This document shows, one piece after another, positions 38,991 through 54,431 of a DNA stretch of 64,000 nucleotides. The position numbers were made by a program, and so were the translations under genes. The notes beneath the pieces were generated by a model that was not told the origin of the DNA, did not search any database, and was given only the letters and a program-made list of their open reading frames with translations. This stretch comes from the human T2T-CHM13v2.0 reference genome, Homo sapiens. Location of the stretch: assembly GCF_009914755.1 (NCBI RefSeq), contig NC_060933.1; one strand, 5' to 3'. The first letter of the stretch is position 1. Each line of letters opens with the position of its first letter.

Positions 38991-39789
38991 ATTATTACTG
39001 CAGAAGAGCTAGGCAGCTTGGCAAGTTGCATTAACTCTTTCCTGCCACCAGATACTAAAAGGTGTGTGAAAACAGAAGTATTCTGAATGATACACAAGCA
39101 TCTGCCTGAAGGAGCCCTGTGGGCATGAGCAGCCATTTCTGGCTCACCTCTATAAATGATAGCTGTTTTCCTTTGAACCGTAGATAGACCCTATCATCAC
39201 TTCTCCAAGCCTAACTGATAGGACTCACCCTCCCCTCTGCCCACTGATTGCATTGTCTTGGCAGTTTCTGCTTCTCCAGCCAGCCCCTGGCATCAGCTGT
39301 CCAGGGCCTCATTTATTAGAGCCATCCCTCATGTTTCCTGCCATGCTCTGTGTTCCCTGCAAGAGGCACTAGGTTGAGAAAAAATAATTAGTAATCTAGA
39401 CACTGCAGTTCTGATGAGACACCTGCAGCATAATCATCCAAATCAAATATTTGGCTCTGCTTCTTCAGATGATATATCTCTTCCTGCAACTGCTGAATGG
39501 CAGCTTAGCTGAGCTTGTACTGAAAATGAAGAACATATCGAAGGAAGGAGGGATTCTTCCGGCTCTGGATCACCAAGGTCTGTGCCAATGTTGCTGCTGC
39601 CAAGGCTCAACCCCCAGCTTATACATTCAGGCCCTTCCAATCCCATCAGTTGAAAGGGACAGTTGTGGGCAAATGGGAAAAGACAATTTAATTTACTCAA
39701 GTGATTCAGGAATGAATAGTTGTACCACCAAGGAAATATCCAATTGTTTTCTCTGAAAATCATCACTGTCTGACATAAGGGCTGGCAGG

Positions 39790-39960
39790 TTTTTAAGTCC
39801 TTAGGAAGATATTTTAGTTTACAAGGCATCAATACAACTTCATTATTTTACAATTGAGAAAACGAAGGCCCTGGCCTCATCGTTTTCCATGGTAGACTCA
39901 GGACTAGAACTCTGCATTCCTATTGCCTGATTCACTGTTCCCTCTACTAAGCCACACTAC
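39790..39960 (-). mobile_element. MIR fragment
   Basis: TTTACAATTGAGAAAACGAAGGCCC...GGACTAGAAC. Confidence 0.55.
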
Positions 39961-40379
39961 TTAGAAGCAGGCCATATCTCCATCACCTGGAATTGTGTAG
40001 GATAACTTTGTAATTACCACATGTGTTTAGTATAGTATCTAGATTGCTTGCTGCATTCAAAGCTCTTTCACTTGGAAAAACATGTTAGGGATAAGAATCA
40101 CAGAGAAGATTCTAAACTAGCTAACCTGTGTTTAAAACCCATAAATTTAGCTGACCTTTTTAGCTTACAGTTTTCCTGGAACTACCATGATATATTATAG
40201 GAGCCATATACACAAAGTTAATGAGCTGTCTTCTTTGTTTTGGGTTAATAAAGCATTAATGCAAATAATGCAAAAAGAGCTTGAATTTTTCAACCAGTAA
40301 CTTCCCCTCTTATATGAGCCATAACACCTTTTATATCCTTTGATAAACACTTAACCAACTGAAAAATAAGTTGGTTTTG

Positions 40380-41345
40380 TTTAAAGAAGTGTCTATAATC
40401 TGCGTTTCCCACCAGGTTGTAAAGGCCACATGGTAGAGTCCACGACCATCATCCTGTCTATAGCCACATGCCCAGAACCCAGTATGTACTCAATAAATAT
40501 TTGTAGGAATTTTTAAATAATCTGGAATTGTATAAAGAGCAGTACGTTTAATGGAGAGGGGCAGCTCAAGATTCTGTAATTCGCTGCCCCCATTTTAAAG
40601 ATGAGTAAACAGAAACTTAAAAAAAGTTAAGTGACTTAAACAAAGTGTCACAATCATTGACCTATTCATTCAAAAACATTTCTTGAGCACACACCCTATG
40701 CCCAATGAGCAGTACTATGGAAGAGGAAACCTGAGCTATATCTTGAAGGATGGATTAACTTTATTAATCAAAGTAGGGGGAAAGTCAGTACAGGCACAGA
40801 GAAAGGCATTTATAAAACCTTACAGCCACAAAAGCATAGAAAGATCAAGGAACAACGGGATTGCATGTTAGAGATGAAGGGAAACTGGCAGAAGATGGTT
40901 TGAGAGAGGGGGTTTAGTGTCAGGTATTGAAGAGCTCTGTTCATTGTGTTAAGGATTTGGACATGGTCCAGTGTCCCTCAAACTTTAATGAGTATAGAAA
41001 TCACCCAGGGTTCTTGTTAAAATGCAGATTGTGACTCGGCAGGTCGGGAGTGGACCCTGAGATTCTGACTCTCTAAGCTCCCAGGTGGCATCAATGCTAC
41101 TGGGCCATAGACCCCCACCTTAAGGAAAAAGGCACAAGAAAACAGGAGGCCTACAGAGGTGCAGATGTAGGGCAGTGGTTCTCAAAGTGTGGTCCCCATA
41201 TTCTTCAGCCTCCTGCACTAACCTATGGAATGAGAAACTCTTGGCAGGACCCAGTCTGCCCAAGCCCTCCAAGTAAAGTGGAAACCACTAAAATTTGAGC
41301 ATCAGCAATAAGGATAATAACATTATTAGATTTACTTTAGAGGAA
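40380..41345. mobile_element. Mosaic of L2, MIR and two MER5A elements (~40969-41132, ~41173-41305)
   Basis: TACTCAATAAATATTTG; CCCATTTTAAAGATGAG; TTGTTAAAATGCAGATT; CAGTGGTTCTCAAAGTGTGGTCCC. Confidence 0.65.
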
Positions 41346-43116
41346 GATGACTTGGGTAGGACTCACTGGACTCCCCAGTTTAGCGTTCCTCCCATTATAA
41401 CTGGAAAATCACGCATAGATCTCTAAGTACAATATTTTAGATTTAAGAATATTCAGCAATTTCAAATGGCAGAGTTGTTAATGAGGAATAAATTTTCTCC
41501 CACAGCATTCATTATCTTCTATGATTACAAAAAGCATGAAATGCCCTGTGTTTGAGGACATCTCTAAGTATTAGTAATTGAATTGACATTTAATAAATAC
41601 GAGTAACAAATTAGCACAATCTTATATTCAGAAGTCAAAGTTGATCCCAATTTGTTGGTTATTAAATTACTTAGAAATTACTTACACTTTTTAAAAATGA
41701 CATATCCCATAGGTATATCTGAGATAGAAAAAGAAGTGAAATCTATTGTCAGAATTTACATTTAAGCTCAGGGAAAATTTATGACTATGATTTTTCTTGG
41801 AATTATATCCTTGAATCTAATAGTTGTTTTTTTTTTTTTTTTGAAAGGAAAACCCAGGATTTTTTGTTTGTTTTTTTGTCCCAGAGTTTTCTTCCCTCTT
41901 ATTGTTTTATTGTACAATGCCTGAAATAAGCAAGAGGAATAAATGAAATAATGGATCAATGAATCAATTAATTTGTATAAAGGTAATAAGCAGAAATGAA
42001 TGACCAAAGCAAAGAAGAAAAAAATTTAAAAAATTGGTTAGAGAATAAAAAAGACTAAAGTTTATTATATAAGTGCCTAGAGCACATTAGAATCTTTTAA
42101 AATTAGTAAGCTTTTAAAAACTTCATGCTGAGGTCTCACTCCACATTAATTAAATCAGAATCTGTGGCTTATGATCCAGCATCAATTTTTTTTTTTAGGC
42201 TTTCCAGGTATTTTTGGTGTACTAACTAGGTTTGATATCCACTGACCTAAAAGATCTTAAGTTTCCATTAATGGAATTTTTAGAGTTGACATTGTGAATG
42301 ACATTTCATTTTTTAAAATCTTTTTGATTTTTTTAAAGCCTGGCCTATCACATTCTGGCCATACCCCTTGTCTGTATAAGGCAAGAATGTTGAAACATGA
42401 CTATGTTACTAGAACTCAGGACTACATTAAAACTATGAGAAGATGAGAATCAGTTCTGAAAGCACTAAATTAGAGGATCTTTGGGTGGAGAATTTGTCCT
42501 TGACCATACACAAAGTGATTGTTCTATAAAGGGAACCCAGAATCCCATATTAAGATGCTGGTGGCTACAAAAGCATGCCTTGCCAAAGCATTTGTTTGCT
42601 CTTGCACAGACCCACACTAAAAGTAATTTTCCGGACCATGAGTATGGGGTGCTGACTGTTTGCAGAGGCATCAGGTGTGGATGACACACACCTGTTTTAA
42701 TTGCTTCATGAAACATTGTGAGGTTTTTGCCTGAACCTAGAAACAACAAAGAGGCTTCCATTTCAACTCTGGATATTACAGACAGGCCAGATGGAATCCT
42801 GTCGACTATTTGATTGAGCGTATTTTTCATTTGAAAACACAAATCATTGGGTACGTCATCTGTAGGGTAATCTGGGAGGACATTTTTCTTCATTCTATCT
42901 GGTGGACCATGCCGAAACACCTGTTTCATATCTTAGAATAATTTGCAACTGCTATCTAAGAAATAAATGTTGAAACAATATCATTAAGCTACTTTAAAAA
43001 ATTCATATACTTGGGCATTGAAGAAAATAACACAACTTGGAGCCTGCATCACCACTTCCATTAACACAGTGCCCAGAGTTTAGGATAATTAAACATTTCT
43101 GTTCTTGTTTATAAGC

Positions 43117-43230
43117 TAGGCTGACCAACTGTCCTAGTTTTCCAAGGACTGGGGGGCTTCTTGGGGTGAGGGTATTTCAGTGCTAAAACCAAGAAAGTCC
43201 AGGGCAAACAGAGACAGATTGCTCACCTTA
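43117..43230 (+). mobile_element. MER81-like hAT-Blackjack MITE
   Basis: TIRs TAGGCTGACCAA...TTGCTCACCTTA; TSD-like TTATAAGC / TTATAGAC. Confidence 0.8.
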
Positions 43231-43729
43231 TTATAGACATACACCCTGAGACACTGTGAGGCTGAATGATATTTCAATCACCTCACATATTGGTAGAATT
43301 TTCACCTAGACATTTAATATATATTATCATGAGTAAGTCAGGTATAATGATTCTATTTGCTGAAAGTTATTCTGGAACCAAAGACCAGCCAAAATATATG
43401 TAATCCCATCAGTTGAGGGTGCTTCCAGGAAGTGTAGCCATGTCCACCCAGAGGGCCTAGGTCCTGTTAAAGACAGATGCTGCTCTGAAAGAACCGTGAA
43501 GAATTGCTCTCATTTCCCAGTCATAGGCACCAACTCCCAAGTTTAGATACAATATTATTTCCAGTTGTCTCAAAGTATACCAAAGAAAATGAAGTTTAAT
43601 TAGCTTTAGTTTTCAATATAGGCTCATGCAAATATCACATTTTGGAACCTGTTTTGGAGAAATCAAATAAACAACATATGCATCCAGTGATCGGGATTCT
43701 CTTTTATTAGGCTATTGAGACAAGCCCAA

Positions 43730-44030
43730 GATCAGAGTTTTCTACCAGTGCTTTGCAAAGCCTTAGGCTGTTGTTTCTCAAACCTTAATGAGCATGGGAA
43801 TCACTTGGGGATATTATTAAACCACAAACTATGATGCTAGAGGGCAGAGGTAGGGACCATGATTCTGCATGTCTAATCAGCTCCAGAGTGACCTAGGTGG
43901 CCTAGTGACCACGCTCTGAGTAGTGAGGCCCAGGACTACACGGAGGTGTGCCATGAGGCCCAGGGGAGGACCAGAGGAGAGTTGTACATTTTTTCTCACC
44001 CTTTTCCAAAAAGTCCAGCTGTTTTTATTT
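43730..44030. mobile_element. hAT-Charlie MITE with a nested MER5A (~43768-43928)
   Basis: GTTTCTCAAACCTTAATGAGCA...GATTCTGCATGTCTAATCAGCTCC...ACCACGCTCTGAGTAG. Confidence 0.55.
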
Positions 44031-44109
44031 ATAAGAATAAATAACTTATAAATAAGTTATAAAACTTAAAATGAACTCTACTACATAGAGTTCATTTTAA
44101 AATGCATTC

Positions 44110-44362
44110 GAAAAAAGAGAGAAAGAAAGAAAGAAGAAGAAAGAAAGAAAGAGAGAAGGAGAGAAAGAGGAAGGAAGGAGGGAGGGAGGGAAGAAAGGGA
44201 GGCAGGGAGAGGGGAGAAAGAAAGAAGGAAGGAAGGAAAAAGGAAGGAAGGAAGAAGGAAGGAAGGGAAGGAAGGAAGGGAAGGAAGGAAGGGAAGGAGG
44301 TAAGGAGGGAGGGAGGAAGGAAGGAAGAAAGAAAGAGGGAGGGAGGAAGGAAGGAAGGAAGA
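44110..44362. repeat. GA-rich/(GGAA)n polypurine tract
   Basis: ~250 bp almost purely A/G. Confidence 0.95.
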
Positions 44363-46120
44363 GGCACAGCATTAAAAATGTGCACTGGTATGAAAACAAA
44401 TAATTCTGCAAAAGCATGAAACATACCTCCTCACACACTCTTCTGCCAAACATGGATGTTCAGGTATGGCTTCAGGTTGGTTCAGGACATTCTTTGAGCC
44501 TGAGACTCCCAGAGTCTCATCACCTCCTTTTTAACATAGCATGGTGTGAACCCTGTGGTAGCAGTGCCAAACCTGTAGTTTAATTAAAAAGCGAAGAGGA
44601 AAATAAACCTCTCTCCAATACACAGAACAACATCAAAATAGCCCCTACAGAGGATAGCCTTGTGGACCCCAACTAAATGACTTTCATTTGCAGAACTTCC
44701 ACTTGACCCACGTAAACAGGAATAAGAGCACATGCTTAATAGGCTGGCACCTGGGGCCAATTTCAGAAGGGAGCAACTGGAAAGATGTAAGCTGTAGGTG
44801 GATGGGGCCCAACTTAATTAGGAAATGTTTCAAACTCCAGGCAGAAAGAACTGTTCCCAGGGAAAGAGTCACTTCAGAGCAGGGTGCCTGGGTGAAGCCT
44901 TTCACATAAGTGTAAAACATCCTCTACCCAATCAAAGAAGGTTATCAAATTTCAGCAAAGACCCACTGTAGGTTCAAAGGCACCTAAATTTCTCTCACTA
45001 CAGCAATATTCTCTATCATTTTATTTGATTTAATTATTCATAATGAAACTTTAGGCTATTTTGTTGAGTTGTTTTGGTGCCACACTGGTATTTTCAAAGG
45101 GCACAGCGAGGTAGGCCCTGAGATCAGTAGCTCAGGCTTCCAGAATGCATTTTGCCAATTCTTAGTTAAAAGTTGCCTGCAATCTTTGCTTCCCAGGCAC
45201 GGGACAGGGACAGTTCAGATGTGGAAATAAAGTGGTTAATGAGGAAAGATATGTATAGACAGGCAGGAACTGAGAGAATTATGAAAATCAATTTTACCTG
45301 AGATCTGGAAATGAAACCTCCACGCATAATTCCAGAGCAGTATCTGCTTGGGAGGCAAATGAACTCGGCCACACCACATACTGTGAAGGGGGTTGAGGCT
45401 TGAAATGAGGGCCAATCCCCGGTAAAGGCAGCTTCTCTAAGCCTTATGGAAACCAGGGACAGGTGCTGTGGCCTTCTTTATCATTTAAATTAGTTTTGTG
45501 GCTACTAAGGTGAACTTGGGTTATTGCTTAAAGCAGAGATAACTTGTTGGAAGGCCACTGATGAGTAGAATTTATGCATATGATGTTTATGAAAAAACTG
45601 AACTCATTGTCAATAATTTCAAATAAGTCTAGTTGATACAAAAGTATACATTAAGAAATAACAAGCGACAGAAGATCTGGAAGCAATGGGCCTTCAACTG
45701 GCATGGCAGCCAGTGGGGGGAGCTGAGGCCTCACCCCTTTCATTATGTAAGTGCTTCCACCCGTGCAGTTTCAAATCGGCTCCCTTCACTTCTTTGGCTT
45801 ACTATGCCAGGTGAATTTGTGATCCCTGAATTCAAATCTGTCCTCAGAGATCCATCCTAGGATCACAAAAAAAGAAAGGATGGTTATCGAGAGAATTGTT
45901 TTTCTCCCCAAGATGAACCTTGTGCTTCTCAGGTGATAAAGCTAATGGAGCAAAGTGCTTACTGGTGAAGTCCCAGAAACAAAAAGGGAGCTATGTGTTC
46001 CAGCTGCATCTTCTTGGAGGCAATTTATTAAATTAATGCTGATTGATAAACCACAAGGTTATTAACACTGTGTTTTTGTTTGTTTTACTGTGACATATTC
46101 AAAGAATTTTAATACATGGC

Positions 46121-46850
<730 letters not shown>

Positions 46851-46889
46851 AATGAATGGCCACTGACTTTGAGGGATTGTAGTCCAGTT

Positions 46890-47140
46890 AGGAAGATAAT
46901 AAGTAATGTTTATTGAGTAAATATCTATGTTCAGGGCACCCTGTTAGGTATTTTCCATTCGATCTTCACAACATGTCTGTGATATCAGGTAATGTCACTA
47001 TATTCATCGTATAGATAAGGAAACTGAGGCACAGATGCATTAAATAACCAAGGCTGTCCCTGCTAGTAAGTGGTGAAGCTGGAATCAAATCCAGACGGCT
47101 GGCTCCAGAGTCCACATTTATAATGACTTTTCTCCATGGC
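46890..47140 (-). mobile_element. MIR, near full length
   Basis: TATAGATAAGGAAACTGAGGCACAGA...GTAAGTGGTGAAGCTGGAATC...CTCCAGAGTCC. Confidence 0.85.
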
Positions 47141-47348
47141 TTCTCTATGACTCATGAACAATTACAAATAACAATATGAGAAACATAAACAGAGATCTCT
47201 GCATCAAAACCTACTCTTGGGAGATGCTTTCTTCATGCGGTAGTTGCTTTTTCATGGAGGACAAATACTTAATCCAAAGGAACATGTGCCTTATTATGGA
47301 ACACCCTGAGCTGAATACAATAAGAGAGCTTTGGAGGAAAGGGCCTCA

Positions 47349-47478
47349 GCAGCTAGAGACCCAAGGTGGGCACTGCCTCAGCAGGGAGCATCACTCCTTC
47401 TGGCTGATCACCTAGGAATAAAAAACATTTTTGTTGTTTGTTTTTGGAGATGAAGTCTCCCTCTGTCACCCAGGCTGG
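47349..47478 (+). repeat. Local direct duplication partner of 46283-46413, including an Alu 3'-end stub
   Basis: 5 mismatches in ~77 bp of non-Alu sequence; ~32 bp Alu part identical. Confidence 0.92.
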
Positions 47479-47781
47479 GAATGGAAGGTGTCAAATGTTG
47501 GAAAACCAACCATCAGGCAGGCTTAGAGCTGGGGAAAACATTAGGGCCCGAAGGTAAGAGCCAAGCAGGTGAAGTGGAACTCAGAGGAGTGGCCCAGATG
47601 CCAGCCACATCCCAATACCCCGGCTGACTGCCTGACTTTCAACAGCCTGCTGACTTGCACTGCTCATCCAACCATTAATAGGAGAAATTTCCAGGGAGAG
47701 ACTCTTACTGGCATATTCATTTCTAAGAATTATGAAATAATGGGTATCTGTTGTAGTAATTACATGGGAAGCTAACTGCTA

Positions 47782-48620
<839 letters not shown>

Positions 48621-49819
48621 GCATAATGAAAATGGATGTCTTGTGGAACCAGTCAGCTCTGGGTTCCATTCCACTCTCTGTAGCTGCAGCGCCATGGACT
48701 ATGCAAGTTACATGGAACTTATTAAATGGAAGTTTTTGGTTGTCTTCGAATTCCCGCTAAAGCCCAAAGAGGGGAACACCTCACACTTCCCATCCATGCA
48801 GAACTAAGAGATGGCTTAAATGGCTTCCCAAATTAGAGAAGCCTAGGATGCAGTGAGGAAACTGATCAGAGTAGGGTGGGAGTGAGGCATGTTTGAAGAG
48901 CATTGTTGTTCCAGCAGGAAATTCTCCACGAGGAGGAAGAACAGAATGTTTTCCACACCTTCAATTATTTGACAAATATGGACTGAGCCCCTGTCATATT
49001 TCAAGCACAGTTCAAGGCACGGAAGATGCAACAATAAATATAAATGGCTTATTTCACCAGTGAGAAGGGCTCCCCGAAAATGCACTTAGGGGAATCTGAA
49101 TTGTCGGTAAGGAGACTGAGCTCTCATGGCATTGGCCTGCCCATACAGCTATCAGAATACAAGACCAAAAATCTTCTCGGGAGCAGCCTACCCTTCCGGA
49201 GTTTAGCACTTGAGTTTTTCCCGAGGCTGAATGAATTATTTGAAGGTAGATGGGTGTGAATTGTCTTGAAAGGCCCACGTCCAAGAGCAGTAGCTCCCTT
49301 AGACCAGAACAAGAGGAATTCCTGCCTTCCTTCAGCCATGCTCCTCTCTTCCAAAGAAATGGTTTATGAGGCCAGGGGACATGCCTACCTTAGGGCCATG
49401 CCCACCTGAAGACCATGTCCTCTCCTAGAGCATGGCTTAGGTAACTGGGACTCCAGAATTCCATTCTCAAATGTCTTCAAGTCAAGCCAGTTTCCAAGGA
49501 TAGATCCCCATCACTAGCAGGCCCAGAGGCTGCTCAAGGGTCAGCTTGGGATAGAGAGCCAAGGGATAGAGAGAAGAGAGACAGACAATGGGCTGGGGTC
49601 TCAGGCTTGGAGCCGGCATTTAACCAGAATTCTCCAGAGTGTGAGAATTCTAGAAACAATCTTGCCTGGCCTTCCAGGTAAGCATGAAGCTGCAGTTGTT
49701 AGGGAATGAGCATAGAACTCATTCTATTAAATTATTTTTAGCCTGACTGACAACTTTTAAGCATAACTAAATATTTAAAAGTTGTGATCTTTTGTTTGTA
49801 CTCCTGCCTAGGACCACAT

Positions 49820-50540
49820 GTTAGGAGTGGCTGCATTCATAAAGGTTACCTGCCAGGTGAGTCAATGCTCTATAAATAGGCTGAGAGGGAGAGTTATAAG
49901 TAGACAGCTGCAGCATCTACCTCCTAAGTCAGAGAGCACAGGTCAGAAGTCCGAGAGCAAAGGGGAGGGATGGGGGAAGGTTAGGGCAGAGTTGGCAGAA
50001 GGCTAGGGGAGGGGAAGTTGGAGGAAATGAAAAGGTTAAGGGGTGTTAGGGAGGAGGCCATAAAGAACCTTCCACAACCCTCCATCCATCATTAGAATTT
50101 GGCCCTATGCCTTAATGCCAAGGCATTAACTTAGAGGGCATTTAACAGCCAAGAGAGAGTCACAAACACCAGTCCCATTAAATGGCACTCACATTCTACC
50201 TCTCATTCCTTCTCACTGTTTTGACCCCAGAGAAATGGGAAGTACAAGTGCTAAAGGAGCAAAACAAGCAGAGGTTTTTCTCCACTGTACTCTCCAGAGC
50301 CTAAGTTTGGTCTGGATTTGGGCAAAGAAGAAAACTTCTATTTGGAAGAGAGACTGGAGTTTGATTTAGATTATTTGGGCTTCTTAAGACGTAACAACAA
50401 GGCTTTTTAAATATCTGAAAAGGACTTGGAAAGCCATGGGTTGGTCAAGATGTTTCTCAGGGTGTGAGAACATGAGCTTTGACAGAGGGGGCTTGAGCAG
50501 CAGTGGTGGGCAGGAGAGAAATATCACTATTTATTCACTA
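49820..50540 (+). mobile_element. Possible ancient LTR (MamGypLTR-like)
   Basis: Weak resemblance (CTGAAAAGGACTTGGAAAGCCATGGG...); uncertain. Confidence 0.3.
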
Positions 50541-51829
50541 TAATCTCTTCATTTCAAACTATTTAGTTGACATTAAAATGTAAAATGGGGTGAATATGCA
50601 ACAGCTTCAACAGCTTTGCAAAAATGTCGTGAAGACCAGAGATAGCACAAGTAGTTTCCAGCATGTTCCGTGTATCTAGTGTAACTGCTACCATTGTTAT
50701 TAACAGTATTATAATTGAAATTGTGTACTAACAGTTCAGAATTTCACGTTGGTTCCCTTCACTCAGTCATCCTTGTGAATGATACTGCAACTCTGGGTAA
50801 GTTTCTAGAAGGTCCCCTCTTTGATTGGATTCTGTGGCCATACACATGGCAGCCATGATAGAGATGGTCCCTTGACATAGAGATTTTATCACTGAATCGG
50901 CCAACAGCAAGAGGAATGGAAGAAGGTAATATTCACGGAGAACATACTAAAGTGTCAGGAATGATACTGGGGATTTTACATGTGTTTTTGTCATTTAATA
51001 CTCACAAGGACCAGTAGCATCCCGGGGCGCACCCTCAGCAGATTCCCTGTAAAGTGAAAGAAACCCAAAGAATGTACTGGAAACCTTAACACTGAAATCT
51101 TGAGAACTAGGAAGTTACTGCTCTGTGGAGGCAGCCTGGGAAAGCTTTTAGCTTTCTGCAGCCAGGACCCATAAGAGCTCTTCAGAGGCCACTTGTGATG
51201 ACAAGGAGTAGGGCTAAGGCATGGAGGATGTGCAGCCACACCTTCTTTGGGAGGGTTTGTCATAAGCCTGAGTCAGGCCCACTTTAAAGCTGTGAGAACT
51301 GGAAAATCTGTGGCTATTCATTCGTCCTACAAAGTCCGCCATTTTGACCAAACTTGCACATTAAATTGGTGCTTCATTCAAGAGTTGATGATGAATTTTA
51401 GAGCAAGAACCTAAAACCAAGAAATTGGAACACATGTGCAGGCAACTAGCAGAGAGGTTCAGAGATTTAATAATTCTGTGAAATGCTCCTAACAAGGGTG
51501 GAAGATGTTCCTGCCATAATGTAGGAAATAGACTCTCCAGGTTTGTCTTGCTGGTAGCTGAGGTGGGACCGCCCAGGGTGGGACGGGGTTGTGTTCCACT
51601 CTTCCCGGTTCACAGAGGGAGATTCGAGTGAGTTTTTTACCTGAGGGCTGTATGTAGGTGTTTACCAGTGAGGACTGAACCACATCTGATCCAATGGGGA
51701 GGATTCTTATTGTGTGGTGTTCTATCACCACTGCAAAATAGAAAACAAATAATAAAACGGCCATGCAGACCACTTACAGAAAAAAACATACATATACACC
51801 TGGGAAATAAACAGGGGAAAGGATTCAAC

Positions 51830-53060
51830 CACATCAGTCATCAATAAAACATAAGTTCCAATAGCAATTTTTTTGACAAATATTTTATAAGCACCTACCA
51901 CATGTCAAGTATTAAATCGTAGGAATTCACAGATGAAAGGACAGGTCTAGCCCTTAAGAAGTTCATACTCTGGTGAGAAAGACAGGCTAATAGGCTATAA
52001 TTGCACAGAGCCATGAGGCATGTGAGTTGAGTTGGCACAGGGGCTAGGACACCTCATCCAGATTTGGGAGGAATGGAAGAACTTCATTTGCTAATGGAGT
52101 AACATTGGCTTGGAGACCTGAAGGACAAGCGGGAGTGAGATAGCGAAGATGGGGAGGAAGGGCCAGAGAGAGAGAGAAGAAATGAGAAAGGAACCCCAAA
52201 CAGAGGGAACATTCTGCATCAAAGCCCTGATGAAAAAAAGTAGAGCTCTTGGTTCAATGAGCTGGAGCAAATTAGGGAGAGGGGAGTATTGGGTGAGGAG
52301 GTTGGGGGCATATACAGTAGACTCATTATGGAGGGTCTTTGACACCCCCAACAACCCCTGCTGAGTCCAAGGCATTGAGAGTTTTTCCTGAGAGCAAGTA
52401 AGAGCCAATGAGTGACTCTACATGTAGGAGTATCAATAACATATCTGCATTTGAGAAAGCTCATTCCCACTGCAAGGTGGATAAAAGCCAGGGATCACCT
52501 AAACCAGCAAAAGGAATAGTGAGAGTAAGACAGAATCACCCGTAAGTAGAGAGTCATCGCCGTTTGGATCCCCTCACCTACGTCCCCATGTACATGAGAA
52601 AAAGATTTACATGCAAGTGGTTTATTTGGTAGGTGATTCTTGCAGTACAATGAGAAAGTATGAAAGAGAGACAGGGAATGCAATAAGGTCAAGGAATGCT
52701 CTATTAATAATCAAGTATCTGCTGTGGGCAATTGACTGTAGCACACACCTAGAAAGCTGGGCTGTTTATCCACCAACTCCTGCCCCCAACTTGTTCCCCC
52801 CTGGCCATTTCCGTGCCACAGGAAAGTCTGCAGCAACAAGATGCAGGAGCTTGAGGTAGGAAGCCACTAGACAAATGTCCACAAAGCTGCAGGGTGACCT
52901 CCAGGGTGGGCCAAGTGGATATAGGTGACTGCATCTGCTTCAGAGAGTTGGAAAATATGGCAGTTGATTAGTGATGCAGAGGAGGAAGGAGATAAGGCAG
53001 ATACCTGAGCATCTGCTCTAGGAAACTGCATGGCTTCTGGTGCCATTCATTGAGAAGGGG
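51830..53060 (-). mobile_element. L2 interrupted by an LTR33-like LTR (~52550-52942)
   Basis: AAGCACCTACCACATGTCAAG...TTTGAGAAAGCTCATTC; LTR motif GCTGTGGGCAATTG...TTTATCCACCAACTCC. Confidence 0.65.
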
Positions 53061-53161
53061 ATCACAGCAACTCAAGGCCATACCCCTTCCTCAAATGACG
53101 ATGTCTGATTCTCATCCTTGTCTTTACTCTCTAGGCTTACTTAGCAAATGGTATTAAGTCC

Positions 53162-53876
53162 TGCTATGGTTTGAATATCTGTGTCCCCTCAAAATTCATG
53201 TTAAATTCCTAACCCCCTACCAGGTGATGATATTAGAAGGTGGGACCTTTGGAAGGTGATTAGGTAATGAGAGCAGATCCCTCATGAATAGAATCAGTGC
53301 CCGTATAAAAGAGACCCCAGGCTGGGCGCGGTGGCAGGCGACTGTAATCCCAGCAGTTTGGGACGCCGAGGTGGGCGGATCACCTGAGGTCGGGAATTTG
53401 AGACCAGCCTGACCAACATGGAGAAACCCCGTCTTTACTAAAAATACAAAATTAGCTGGGCGTGGTGGCGCGTGCCTGTAATCCCAGCTACTTGGGAGAC
53501 TGAGGCAGGAGAATCGCTTGAACCCGGGAGGCAGGAGGCGGAGGTTGCGGTGAGCCGAGACCATGTCATTGCACTCCAGCCTGGGCAACAGGAGCGTAAC
53601 TCCGTCTCAAAAATAAATAAATAAAATGAAATTTAAAAAAAGAGGGAAAGAGAGATCCCAGAGCTCTTGCTTCTCGCTCTCACTATGTGAAGACACAGTG
53701 AGAAGGTGCCATCAGTGAATGAATGAACCAGGAAGTGGGCCCTCACCAAACACCAAATCTGTTGCCACCTTGATCTTGAACTTCCCAGTTCCAGAACTGT
53801 GGGAAATTAATTTATGTTGTTTATAAGCTATCAAGTCCCTGGTATCTTGTTATAGAAGCTTGAACAGACCAAGACA
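53162..53876 (+). mobile_element. MLT1A0 solo LTR interrupted by AluSp
   Basis: TGCTATGGTTTGAAT...CCAAGACA; TSD AGTCC/AGCCC. Confidence 0.88.
53320..53648 (+). mobile_element. AluSp
   Basis: Diagnostic GGTCGGG, CTGACCAACATGGAGAAACC, GCGGTGAGCC; TSD-like AGAGA(C/T)CCCA. Confidence 0.9.
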
Positions 53877-54339
53877 AGCCCCTTCAATATACCAGGCTTT
53901 CACCTTTACATCTCCAGCATCTCCACATTTCTATGGAAATTTACACATGCCAGAGGTGTCAGCAAGAACTGTAAGTTAGACCCAAGGAAAGTGACAGAGT
54001 CCCTGAGGAGAAAACCTCCTTCACTGCATCTTTATGTAGATGTCCTGCCTGGCTCTGGGCTGAGATAAGAACTCCTTATTTCCATAGGTGTCAAATATGT
54101 CATGGTAATTACTATTATGATTATTTATTGAGCACTGACAGGGTTCACATAGAAAATGTTTTGTAAAATAATTAATGTTATAAAAATGCAATTACTAGAA
54201 TGTATTTCTTGACACAGATCCAAATGTAGTAGAAATTATTACCAATAACAGGAGGAATATGCAACAGCCAACCAGCAACAGGTTGTGCAGGGACAAATGT
54301 ATATTTCTGTCTTGTTTTTCACCAGGAGTAAGCTATAGA

Positions 54340-54431
54340 AACCAGACATGATGGCTCAAAGCCAGACATTGTACAGAGTGAGTCTCCATCTCAAAAAAGT
54401 TTAAAAATAAATAAATAAATAAAAATAAAAA
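54340..54431 (+). mobile_element. Collapsed Alu remnant
   Basis: Alu-like head CCAGACATGATGGCTCA joined to tail ACAGAGTGAGTCTCCATCTCAAAA plus (TAAA)n. Confidence 0.6.

Noticed and set aside
44092-44453. Lys/Glu/Arg/Gly-rich and Phe/Leu/Pro/Ser-rich ORFs
   Set aside because: Translation artefacts of the GA-rich simple repeat
49962-49986. Canonical G4 motif
   Set aside because: Common motif in a probable old LTR with no supporting context
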